64,000 bases of DNA, from positions 1 to 64,000 of the forward strand of contig OW569387.1 of assembly GCA_937625935.1 (NCBI GenBank), in the 5' to 3' direction. This stretch comes from Tetramitus jugosus. Taxonomy: Eukaryota; Protista; Heterolobosea. Below, in pieces: positions 1-10,862 of this stretch. The position numbers were made by a program, and so were the translations under genes. The notes under the pieces were generated by a model that saw only the letters and a program-made list of their open reading frames with translations, was not told where the DNA came from and searched no databases. Position 1 is the stretch's first letter. Each line of letters starts with the position of its first letter.

Positions 1-789
1 AAACCCAAACCCAAACCCAAACCCAAACCCAAACCCAAACCCAAACCCAAACCCAAACCCAAACCCAAACCCAAACCCAAACCCAAACCCAAACCCAAAC
101 CCAAACCCAAACCCAAACCCAAACCCAAACCCAAACCCAAACCCAAACCCAAACCCAAACCCAAACCCAAACCCAAACCCAAACCCAAACCCAAACCCAA
201 ACCCAAACCCAAACCCAAACCCAAACCCAAACCCAAACCCAAACCCAAACCCAAACCCAAACCCAAACCCAAACCCAAACCCAAACCCAAACCCAAACCC
301 AAACCCAAACCCAAACCCAAACCCAAACCCAAACCCAAACCCAAACCCAAACCCAAACCCAAACCCAAACCCAAACCCAAACCCAAACCCAAACCCAAAC
401 CCAAACCCAAACCCAAACCCAAACCCAAACCCAAACCCAAACCCAAACCCAAACCCAAACCCAAACCCAAACCCAAACCCAAACCCAAACCCAAACCCAA
501 ACCCAAACCCAAACCCAAACCCAAACCCAAACCCAAACCCAAACCCAAACCCAAACCCAAACCCAAACCCAAACCCAAACCCAAACCCAAACCCAAACCC
601 AAACCCAAACCCAAACCCAAACCCAAACCCAAACCCAAACCCAAACCCAAACCCAAACCAAAACCCAAACCCAAACCCAAACCAAAACCCAAACCCAAAC
701 CCAAACCCAAACCCAAACCCAAACCCAAACCCAAACCCAAACCCAAACCAAAACCCAAACCAAAACCAAAACCCAAACCCAAACCCAAA
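1..789 (-). repeat. Telomere, (TTTGGG)n on the G-rich strand / (CCCAAA)n on +, about 131 units
   Basis: Perfect AAACCC hexamers run from base 1 to 654. Same-length AAACCA variants occur at C>A positions 660, 684, 750, 762 and 768. The C-rich strand lies at the 5' end, as expected for a left chromosome end. Confidence 0.98.
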
Positions 790-1767
790 TTCACTTTCTT
801 TTCAAAAATCAAAAACTTCATCCAAATTCAAAACAAAATCGATCTATCATCTAAATTCTGATCAAACATGATTAATGAAAGCTCAAATCACTCATTCCAT
901 TTCTTTATCCATCTCTTGACTTTCGCTCCTTACTCTTTGTCGAAAACGGAAATTCTCTCATTCAATGCTCAACATCTGGATGTTTTTGAAGCAATATAGT
1001 GAGTCAATATATGTTGAATGAGTAATCATTCCTACTTCTCTTCAGTTATGATGGGTTGGGTCTGGGTATTCAACTCTGCATTCAAGAAAAACACAAAATT
1101 TGAGTTCTCATACTGTCAGAGTTCAAATCTCTTATAAGAAGAACTTTTGAAAAAGCTTTCCAGTCTATTACATCTATAAATCTGAATTGTCATTCAGAAA
1201 AGCTAGTAGTCTGTATTTCTGACCCTTTGGATCTTCAAGCTAGATTCAGATTTGAAACTTCACTATTTCACTGACTTACAGGATTTTAAAGCGAAAGGTC
1301 TCAATAATACATAGAATATCTGATTCTACTGTGATTCTATAATAAAAACTGCCGATTCTATTCCTAAAAACGCGAAATCAAGTCAGTCAAAATTTCAGAA
1401 ACATCAAGTCATAAGACATCAAGTCAAAAAATAGAGTTAGTAGGAAATCATGTTAAAAATGATCAAATAATGTCCCAATACTCTGATCTAAAACAAAGAA
1501 ATCATTTGTCACTAGTACGTCTTATCTCCAGTACAGAATCAAAATCGTCTAAAATCTGTTGCAGTTTTACCACTGTTGCCGATAAAAATCTGTTAAATAC
1601 AGCACAGATATATCGGCTCTACGAGCCGATAAAGCTCAAATCGAGTTGAAAACCTCGCCAATCTCTTCACCTCAACCAGCTGAAGCTCCTAGAGTAATAA
1701 AAAATCTCAAAAAAAAAATTACTATATAAGGAAATCGTTTCCTTAGGTTGGGGAATCCAGGATGTAT
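790..1767. other. Non-coding AT-rich telomere-associated cap segment between two telomeric tracts
   Basis: No recognisable coding content (only the SARAF read-through tail enters it). Bounded by the terminal telomere and the 1768-1789 tract. Contains an inverted telomere-like GGGTTGGGTCTGGG (1053-1066) and hairpins at 1611-1631, 1727-1745 and 1748-1773. Confidence 0.6.
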
Positions 1768-1789
1768 CCCCAAACCCAAACCCAACCCC
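1768..1789 (-). repeat. Interstitial telomeric tract CCCCAAACCCAAACCCAACCCC
   Basis: Same orientation as the terminal telomere. It lies exactly where SARAF homology stops. Confidence 0.85.
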
Positions 1790-1981
1790 TGTGGGTGGGA
1801 TATAACCAGAGTTTTCAGCTGTTCCTCCTACACAGGCTAGTTGGGGAACTGGGTCGGTTCGTCTAGTAGTAGTGAGTGTGTTTTTGTGGAAAGTGAGTGA
1901 AGAGATTTCACCCATGTGAATGGAGTCGGACGCAGCAAGCGTGTGAGTGACCAAGAGAAGTAATAGAATGAGTAACTTCAT
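1790..1981 (-). pseudogene. SARAF: 3'-truncated SARAF/TMEM66 (store-operated Ca2+ entry regulatory factor) N-terminus
   Basis: Signal peptide followed by ISSLTFHKNTLTTTRRTDPVPQLACVGGTA, matching the SARAF pattern LTL...TTxRRxDPIPQLxCVGGTA. After YIPPT the ORF reads into telomeric repeat (GVGFGFG) and stops at 1667. Confidence 0.85.
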
Positions 1982-2281
1982 TTCGAATTAGATTCTTCTT
2001 CTTTTAGTAAACGATAGAAAAAGAACTCACATGAATCCAGCAAGAACCGGTATCAAACTGGGGCACATGCAACAATAGCGAAGCATGAATCACCGGGTTT
2101 CAGAAAACTAACACTCTGCCTATTGGTAACATGCCACGCACTATTTTACTCAAGAAGACGCGTTGTTGTTTGAAATGACATCTGAGCGCAAATGTGACTC
2201 ATTATTTTTCTCCGAACCATTTCTGGCGCCCAGTATACTATTTCCCGTCCGGAGCTCCACAAACAACTTGCACAAAAGATG

Positions 2282-2479
2282 ACCAACTTTGATGGACCTT
2301 TACAGGGATTTCTATGTCCAATCACACATGAAGTACTGTATGATGCAACAAATACCACGAGCCGAAGAGAGGACATTCACGTACAATGGCGCAGAATTTC
2401 TGGTAGTGATACTGCCAAAAAATTAGGGATGAAAGACAACGACATTTTGGATTATATTCCAGCTGATTACTTCAAATAG
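2282..2479 (+). pseudogene. SUMO-like/ubiquitin-like domain fragment, frameshifted
   Basis: Joining two frames at ~2389 gives MKYCMMQQIPRAEERTFTYNG|RRISGSDTAKKLGMKDNDILDY, which fits the SUMO pattern YC..Q...F.F.G.RI...DT...L.M.D.D.ID. Confidence 0.6.
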
Positions 2480-2524
2480 TTGCCGCCAAAGATATTGCTA
2501 ATAATTTATGTAAAACTTGGTGAA

Positions 2525-5208
2525 TCAAGCTTGAGATATCTGTTTGATATTGTAGCAAACAAAATCCTGTTCAACGTATGGAGTTTTTTGTGAAAGAATA
2601 GCCTTGCTGTTCCAGCGACCACTGACAAACTTGCACAACTTTGATTGTGCTATCGTGTGTCCATTGTACAGTACTTGAATCACATGCTTGAGTGATTTGG
2701 TTGAGTCTTGGGAAATGTCGAATCTGAGTGCTATATATGCATAATAGATGATCTCATGATCACTAATAGCACACTTATATATTCGCCGCTTATCAACCAG
2801 AACACTCTCTTGGGTTTCCATATCTTCCATAGAACTGCACCTTCTTGCTTGCACAGAGACCTTTGTGACGTCAGGGTCAATAACTATTATTTCTCCATTC
2901 TCTGTACGAGTATAGCAACAAGCAGCAGGAATTCTACAGAACAAGGCATACATAATCCTATTATGGCTTCCATTCTCATTCACACCCTTATTTCCGGATC
3001 TTATGGTGAGAAAGTGATCATCTGGAGTTTGAAAAGCAATAGGTCTTCCATACACATCTATCGAAGGTACGATTGCTGGCGCAGATGCTGCTGTTGGAGG
3101 AGTATATATATTGGCAATCTCCCAATAAGTCAAACCTCCTCTAGGCCTCTTTACAGCTCCCTTATTTGGTTTGATTTTGATGAGTGCAATAACTAGTACG
3201 TGGCTCATTGTTGTCATATAGTTTAGCACATCAACAGGATTCTGGGAAGATGGCATCTTGCGTTTAGTTATCTGAAAGTACCCCTCCATTTCATCTATAT
3301 CTTGAGATCGTTTGGGTTTAGTAAGCTGGAAGCAACCCTCCATTTCATTTTGCTCTATAGGTCGTTTGCGAAACTGTGACGCTGGCATCCTTTGTAATGC
3401 TTCCATTTCATTAACTCTTGATGTAACTGGTTGCTCCAGAGGTATCGTGATTGGTTTTATCGGTAACTCTTTGGCTATCGCATCGAGAACAAGGGGACTC
3501 TGGCCTGACATTATCATACGCAATTCCTCTTCTTGCTGTCTTCGCAACCGTTCTTGTTGGTACCATTGCTGTCGCTTAAAAATATCCATTTGTCGTACTT
3601 GTTGTTCCTTTAATTGTTGCATCTGGAGCGAGTGCTGCTTCCGTTGCTCTTGTTCTACGCGTTTCTGAATTTCCTCCTGCTTCCTCTGCTGTTCTCTCTC
3701 AATTTCCATTTCGTTGACATTGATATTGTTGTAGGAAGAAGCAACTGGTGTCAAAGTTGGTTGTGCTGGTATAACAGATGACGTCGTTCCTACACCTTGT
3801 TCCTCCTCTGGTTTCATCGGGAGTTGAAAACGGTACATGGCAATTGCTGCCTGAACAACATCATGATTGTAATCGTTCTCGTCAAATTCATCATATTGCT
3901 GATCACCATCTTCTTGAGGATTGTACACTTGTTTCTCGACTACCTCAAGTGGTATCTTTTGTGTCCACAGAGAAGCTATTGGAGCAGAAACTGGTGTGAC
4001 TGTGGCGGTTATTATTGGTGAAGGCGTAGTTGTTGGATGACGTCCCCCCGTAGACTGTTGTTGTGCATAGCTTCCAAATTTGCTTGCTGAAACTGAGGAT
4101 GCATTCGCTACCAAAAATGTTGGCATGTTCGTACCAAGTAAATTGGTTCTAATAGAGGATGGAGTCGCAGTACTTGTTGTAGTTGTGACTGTGCTACAAT
4201 TGTTATTCTTGTTGAGTGGAACAGTGCGAGGAGTGTGTTTGTGCACATAAAGATTTGTCTGAGAGTGCTGATGATGCATAAACAATTGCTGCTGCAATTC
4301 ATGTTCTTGCATGAGCTGATGGAAACGCATTGGTAGCGTCTGGCCAGATGTAGTCTGTTTCTTTGTTGTTGATTCTGCGTCTCCATTGCTGCGTTTAGTT
4401 CATTACGATTGTACGTTACGTCTGTTGTTGAAGTCGTCGCCGGTGATGATAAAGCATCATTATTGTTTGTTGTTGTGATCGGAGTTTGTTTTGGAGGAGC
4501 GCTTGCATGTCGAGAAGGTGTCGCCGTCAACATCGCAGGTGGTGCAGGTGTTGATTTACCACCACTGCGATTTAAGGAGCATCCATCTTCTTCATCGTCA
4601 CTGATAATTGTTACTAAAGCAGTAGTTGATGTGTTCTCGTGAGTATTCTTCTGCTTCATGTCGTTATCACCACCGCTACTGGTACTAGTACTCGCAGTTG
4701 CCATAATACCAATACTGCTATTACTACTAGTCACATGATTGATACCTTTGTAATAGTATATTCTCTTTGGTGGTGGTAGTTGATGGTATATACCCGCCAT
4801 CTCAAGACGCTGTCTCTTCATCGATAATGGCATACCACCAACTATCGAGGGACTACGAGAAGAAAATTGAGAGTAATTTTCATTGTTACCACCACTGCCG
4901 CCATGTTTGCCTCCTTCGTTTTTCGTACGAATTGAAGAGAGACCAACGGGGCCAGAAGAAGTGACATGAGCATCGTCAAGATTATCAACGACAGTATTGT
5001 TGTGTTCTGTATGACTCCTGTCTCTTTTCTTTGCATCAGTCGTAAGCACGTTCATTATACTCATGTTCGAAACGTATGTATGCGATGAAGATGATGCGGT
5101 GCACGATAATAACTGCACTGGCTTGCTACTCGTTGTTTTGGCGTAAGTGAAAGTTCGCGAAGGTCCTTGCTTACTTTGTGTGTGTTCAGTTATATGCAGC
5201 CTCAACAA
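2525..5208 (-). pseudogene. Q/T/S-rich protein with C-terminal beta-rich, putative Ig-fold DNA-binding domain; one frameshift
   Basis: ORFs 4108-5208 and 2525-4330 join if one A is restored in GAA CTA AA[A] CGC (~4394-4396), reading ...NRNELKRSNGDAESTTKKQ...MRFHQ. The C-terminal ~220 aa is globular. Confidence 0.6.
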
Positions 5209-5339
5209 TCACTCTTCTTCCCTGTTATTGGACATACAATCTAGTAGGTTTACAATGAAAACAAAACGACACGTGGATCCACAACGTTACAACGAGAGAA
5301 AGAGCAAATACATTCTCTAAGTCGGTAAAAACAGTAAGG

Positions 5340-5672
5340 GTGTTTTCACCTCGGGCTCAATCTATAAAACTCACACTCCAATCTACATTTTACTCTGACA
5401 GAATCAAAGTTAATTTTTTATACAACTTGATGCTGCACAGAATCAGATGCAACTTTAGGTTCAATTCAGAAACCTCCTACTCCAGAAGTTTATCCAAGAT
5501 CCTTATTTACTTGAAAAAGTGTTGTGAGTACAACGAGGTTCCCAATAGACTGGTTGACTTTGATGACGATGTGTATGTGATCAATTTGGAAAGATATGAC
5601 ATTATCGCAAATCAATGGGTCATTGTCCATAGGACTAAACAAACAGATGAGATGCAGGACGAACAAGTATAA
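5340..5672 (+). pseudogene. Probable 3' fragment of an unknown gene
   Basis: 110-aa ORF with protein-like composition, no convincing start and no recognised family. Confidence 0.25.
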
Positions 5673-6168
5673 AAAAAGGTTTTATTACATGGTTGAAGCA
5701 GTTGGTTCAACAACATAGAATCTTTCATTCGTAAAAGTAACAGGCGAGTGATCAGTGTCCAATCTACTGATTGCAGCGAAGAGTATCTCGTCATCATACT
5801 CTTCTTGCATCAGAGCAAAAATCTTATCATACGCCTTCATGCTCTGACTCTTTGACAATTTTCACCAACTGTTCTACTAGTAAATCTACTCTAGTAGGTC
5901 TTTCCACCTTTCTTCTTTTAAGGGGATTAAAGAACTAAAGGTAGAGGTTCGTGATGGTCCTGTGATTCTTGCTATGAACATTCAAGTTTCCAACGTGCTG
6001 CACAGCTACTGGGGCTTGATCACTAGTAAGCTTGCTTTATTTCATTATATTATGCAGTGATAAACATACAGTATCTGATTATGAAGAACCAGATGATGAA
6101 CAATTTAGTGCCGAGAGAGTTTCTCTGATTTCTGAAAGAAGACCGATTGAATCACGTGTAAGAAAGCG

Positions 6169-6297
6169 TCATTTGACCAATTTGAATTTAAACATTTTGG
6201 CTACCCACTTTGTGATTGTGTTTGAATCTAAAGACCGAATCAGAGTTCTTCGTTTATCCTTCATGAGCTCTCTGTAATACTTTAACCGGTTAATGCC
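6169..6297 (-). pseudogene. Fragment of a third F-box/LRR family member
   Basis: Reads GINRLKYYRELMKDKRRTLIRS, which aligns with SLNELKFNKELMKNKKRTL (6350 gene) and GINQFKFNRLLMSNKTRKL (42878 gene). Not listed in the ORF track. Confidence 0.65.
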
Positions 6298-6349
6298 TTA
6301 GCGCTCGTACCGGTTTCCCGAAATGAATCTGGATCACTGTCATCAGTCA

Positions 6350-7093
6350 TCATCTTGTGTATTCTGCATTCAATCGCCTACCCGGATACAGAGTATGTAT
6401 TCCAGCCAAATGAGAGAATATTTCGTCTGTGATTGGAATTTGGGTACAATCACTCATATTCAGAGTGTGAATTCCAGCCAAATGAGTGATTGCTTTGCCA
6501 GTGATTGTTTCTTGAGAACAGTAATTCATGTGCAGAGTGTTAACCCCAGTCAAATGAGAGAAAGCCTTGTCTGTGATTGTCTGTTGTGTACACCTAACCA
6601 TTTGTAAAGTGTGAATTCCAGTCAAATGAGAGAAGGCCTTGTCTGTGATCGTTTCTTGAGAACAGTTACTCATATCCAGAGTATGTATTCCAGTCAAATG
6701 AGAGAATGCTTTGTCACTGACGGAGTAACAATAACTCAAATCTAAAGCATGGATGCCCTCGAGATGAACAAAATGATCATCTTTTACGCTCTTGTTAATA
6801 TATTCTTTGTTCTTGTTCAAAGAAACGTTAAACAGCGTTCCTCGACACAAACTGAAGTATTTATCAATTTCCTCTGAGGTAATATCACTCCTCAATGTTC
6901 TCTTCTTGTTCTTCATCAATTCTTTGTTGAATTTCAATTCATTCAGAGACTTGCATGTATAACTGAGGGATAACCATTCTCTCGTGTCACAAAATCCTAC
7001 AATAATTGTCAAGACATCAAAAGAGAGTGATGATGATGGTTCATTGTTTAATTTTCTTAACTTGTTTGGTGGTTCGTTTAAGGTGCGATCCAT
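6350..7093 (-). CDS. F-box + 'HLTGIHTL' leucine-rich repeat protein, 3'-truncated (probable pseudogene)
   Basis: F-box-like LSFDVLTIIVGFCDTREWLSLSYTCKSL, then 5 full 22/24-aa LRRs. A sixth repeat breaks off at GIHTLY with no cap. Paralog of 42878-44446. Confidence 0.8.
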   Translation of the reverse strand: MDRTLNEPPNKLRKLNNEPSSSLSFDVLTIIVGFCDTREWLSLSYTCKSLNELKFNKELMKNKKRTLRSDITSEEIDKYFSLCRGTLFNVSLNKNKEYINKSVKDDHFVHLEGIHALDLSYCYSVSDKAFSHLTGIHTLDMSNCSQETITDKAFSHLTGIHTLQMVRCTQQTITDKAFSHLTGVNTLHMNYCSQETITGKAITHLAGIHTLNMSDCTQIPITDEIFSHLAGIHTLYPGRRLNAEYTR

Positions 7094-7191
7094 GTGCAGC
7101 TGAAATGTGCAAATTTGAAGCGTGAGTTTGTTGGTTCTTCGAGTCACCACCAACCATTCATTCGTGCACGAATCAAAGAAAACCAAAAAAA

Positions 7192-7927
7192 ATGATGAAA
7201 TTCAGTAACAAGAGAGATAGTACCAGTAGTAGTAGTAATACAAACAGTTTGGACAGCAAGTATGCTCTGATGCAAGATGTGTTGAAACAGTTGACAGATG
7301 ACCAACTGGCAGAGTTCAGAGATGTGTTCAGTTCGACTCCTCGGGTGATGGAGAGTTGAACTCTATCGAATTCAGTCAATTATTGAAAGCTCTAGGTCAA
7401 AGTTATATAAATAATAATGAATCATTGTTACACGAGTTGGTCAAGGAGACTGATACTTCGGGCAATGGTCTCATTGACATTACAGAATTCTTAAGTCTAG
7501 TGACACGAATGATACATGAGGAGGAGTCTGTGAGGGAGGCATTTGAAGTGTTGATCAATCACTGTGGCGAATCCACCACCACCAATGGAACAATAACAAC
7601 AACAATTGTCATCTTCATTGCAGACAGTCAACAACAGCAACAACAACAATTGTCATCTTCATTTACGGTGCCCACTTCTGTCACTCCATCTCCATCTGCA
7701 GCATCACCACTACACGGCTTAGATGATGACCTGATCACAGATAATACAAGTGCAACTCAAGTTGGTAACGGTGCCAAGTATCAATGCACGCCTTCAAGAA
7801 TGCCTTGACAACAATGGGAGAGAAATTCTCAGAGGATGATATTGAAAAGATGTGGAAGGAGTTGGGGCTGGGTGAGAATGATGACTTACCTGTAGAATTA
7901 TTCATTAATTATTGTATGTCCAATTGA
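7192..7927 (+). pseudogene. Calmodulin/centrin-like EF-hand protein with two frameshifts
   Basis: Three frames give LTDDQLAEFRDVFS|FDSSGDGELNSIEF...ETDTSGNGLIDITEFL...VREAFEVL...|SMHAFKNALTTMGEKFSEDDIEKMW. Shifts at ~7331 and ~7779. Confidence 0.85.
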
Positions 7928-8041
7928 AAAGATGGTCAAGATAGTAAACAACAACTATGTATGTGTGTATGTTGTCTCTTCTCTTTATGTGGAAACATGA
8001 GTTGCACCACAAGAAGATGAGATGTTCTCATTATTTATTAT

Positions 8042-8809
8042 CTATCCATGAACAACAAATCTGTCAGACAAGAGAGCTTCAGTGGATTTACCCTTGCAGG
8101 AGACTTGTTCCAGATGGATAATTGTTGGCTTGCCTTCTTCAATATTGAACACTTTCCAGCATTGATTTGGCTTGACAATAACTTCCTTCTCATTGTCCAT
8201 ACAGCTGTATTGTGCAACTGATGCTCCTCCATGATTATAGAAAGCCAATAAGTATTGACCACCTGCGAATGTCTGTGCAGCTCGACGATCTGAAGAAGTA
8301 CTCAGAAAACTCAAATTCTCAATTACTTGTCCCATCTGTGGCTTCGTATGCAATGCAGTACCTCTCCAGACGACATCATTATATTCTCCCAACTTGTCAA
8401 TCACTTGCGATAATCTTGCAGTAAAATCGTACACCCATCCAGGTACTTCAACAGAACCTCTATATCTCAAGAAGCAGTTCAATGCAATGAAAATATTGGA
8501 ACTGTGCTCAAAATTAGTGTATGCATGAATGAGAGCAATTTCCTCCTTTGTTAGAAAACCAGGTGTTCCTTTGTTTCTGCAAGGACTTTGAAGAAAGCCC
8601 ATGTATCTTGGATTCTCATACACTGTGGCTCCATGCAAACGGTTGTTTTGGATGGCCTTCTCACATGTCGTTGTCATTGTGACAGCTGGTCTTGAGTCAG
8701 CAAGTGCATTGGTAGCTCTTCTACTTCTTCTTCTTTCACTACGGCAGTAACTATCACTGACGATGAATAGCACAAACAACAGTACAACAATAATGGTTGC
8801 TTGTTTCAT
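8042..8809 (-). CDS. Secreted NAD:arginine-type mono-ADP-ribosyltransferase (R-S-E / ART-VIP2 family)
   Basis: Signal peptide MKQATIIVVLLFVLFIVSDS, basic RRRSRR, IHAYT, LNCFLR, VVWRG (catalytic R), FLSTSS (STS motif) and NEKEV (ExE). ORF is intact. Confidence 0.9.
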   Translation of the reverse strand: MKQATIIVVLLFVLFIVSDSYCRSERRRSRRATNALADSRPAVTMTTTCEKAIQNNRLHGATVYENPRYMGFLQSPCRNKGTPGFLTKEEIALIHAYTNFEHSSNIFIALNCFLRYRGSVEVPGWVYDFTARLSQVIDKLGEYNDVVWRGTALHTKPQMGQVIENLSFLSTSSDRRAAQTFAGGQYLLAFYNHGGASVAQYSCMDNEKEVIVKPNQCWKVFNIEEGKPTIIHLEQVSCKGKSTEALLSDRFVVHG

Positions 8810-9795
8810 TTTGTTTTTGATTGGTACTTCAAGGATTCAAGCACTCCGGATTATAAGACTTGCGAGGAACTCCGCTCGGCTAGCATGTTCTCCGATCTTC
8901 CTGCTGCTTGTCTGTACTTTAGAACCCCGTTTGGTCGGAGTTTGACTTCCCGCTTGACCACTTGTCAACATGAGTCAATCTACAGTCAAATGTTGTATCA
9001 AAGTTCCTGCTTCTGTTAAATCAGAATCAGGATGTTACAATTATTGGTGTAACCACAGGAAGTGGTACTCTAGCAAGTCATGATAGACTTCATGTAAACT
9101 TGAATTCTATCACTAGGACCTGATATTTTCAAATTTATGTGATCAAGCTTGTGTAACTTCATGTGAATTCAATACCACACACCACACCTTTATTGTAAAT
9201 GGTCAATAAAACCCGACAACATTGGCGCCAAGAAAGCTTTTTTTACAAAATTTACTCCGCAATTCACGCACAAAAAACGTTGTTAGTCACAGTATCAATA
9301 TAATATGAGTTATAACACTTCTATTGCTCGTGTTGGTTTCTCTGGTATCGGACCAAAATCACCAGTACTTTTCCCAGTGTTTCAAGGGATTCAAAAGGTG
9401 TTGAATCAAGCACCGGACAGATCTAGTACAGCTGTCGACTCGTATCACACCTTCGCCGCCACCGTGGCAACAAAGAGGTATGATACGAACGCTTCCACTT
9501 TTCTCAAGTGCTTGCTTCATACATACTAACAACAACCCTTTTGTATATATCACGAAATGGAAATTCTGATTCTTCGTTCACAGCGAGTTGAGTCGCGACA
9601 CTGCTGAACTCATGCAAAATATTACTAAAAAGATTATGCAGAGATGTGGACCAGAGATTTGATAAGAGATGGCTCTGAAGGCAAAACGGTCTAATTGCTG
9701 ACTGGTGAGTAGTGAGTAGATCCTCAGTCTTTGTTTTTTTTTTTGTTGAACTGAGTAAAATTGATAACGCAATTTCACCGAAAAATTAATTCGCC

Positions 9796-10149
9796 ATGAA
9801 AACGCGTTTTCAAATTTCAGAACACAAGAATTATTCAATCTGGTTGATACAGAAACGTTATTACTGGAAAGTTAGCGAAGAGTTCCGTTGCGCAGAGGTA
9901 TTAACACCATGGTCTATTCCGATGGCAGATCCAACATATATTGTCCCAGGCGCAGCTATCCACTCATTCCTCATGTTTGCTCCGTTCTTTGCTATCTACG
10001 AGAAGAAGGGTATGGTGATCCAGGCTATTCTTATTCATCTTCTGACCATTTACCGCTCATTTGATCACATCCAATATGATGGAACAGGGTTCTATCTGGT
10101 ACTTCTTCTCCGTAGCTCAGATTGTAATCATGTTGTTGTTCGTACGTAA
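9796..10149 (+). pseudogene. Hydrophobic membrane-protein fragment
   Basis: Two hydrophobic segments (AIHSFLMFAPFFAIYE; MVIQAILIHLLTIY). Family not recognised. Confidence 0.25.
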
Positions 10150-10862
10150 GAATGTGATTATTAGCTGGAGAAGAGAAAATCATCAATCATAGGCAGCTAC
10201 TGAGAGGGAGATACAAAAAGGTCACAGTAAATATACAATATACAGTTTTGTGACAAATAACGTCAGAGTATTCAGCTGCATCTCGCCAAGCACATAGATC
10301 AACAACAGAGATCGCATTAGTGTTATACGACCGCTAGAGATGCAAACGTTATCATAAGAAACACCGAGTATATTTGTTGGGCTAGTTAGTCGAATGAGGC
10401 CTGAAATCAACTTGAAGAAGATGACCTGGATAACCTCAAGTGCAAGTATCAACAACGCAAATGGAAGTGCTTGGAGGATTGAATCTCTTCGTAGATAGTG
10501 CATTAGGTAGTTAGTACTTTGGTTTTCGTTCTCTTATACAATTTTCGCTCATTTGAATTGGCGTCGGGAACATTGATACTGTCTTGGGTCAACTTGAAAG
10601 TGTGCATAGAGTCTATCATAGAATTGGAGGAAGTGCCATACCTCACTAGTTCTCCCCATCTTTTCACACTTTTCTGAGAGGAAATTCTACTGCTGCAACT
10701 CACTGAGGCATCATATCGTCATTGGCGTTAACTTTGTAATTTAGTTCATTCCACCAAAGAAATCACATATCCATGGAGTAGCCAAGATCATATAACTCTG
10801 CGCCCAACACCATTCTGGTAACATGCAGCCAAGGTCAAGAATGAAGATGATAACAAACTAAG

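Noticed and set aside
790-1767. Autonomous telomeric retrotransposon or hammerhead ribozyme
   Set aside because: No RT or endonuclease ORF. The one CTGAAGA on the minus strand (~1039-1045) lacks the downstream GAAA core.
2279-2345. U-box-like GFLCPITHEVLYD
   Set aside because: No continuation of the U-box. The alternative frame gives a more coherent SUMO-like match.
4390-4420. Mini-intron explaining the 4108/2525 ORF overlap
   Set aside because: Splicing the 31-nt GTAACG..GCAG candidate gives the wrong frame, whereas a single-A deletion explains the join.
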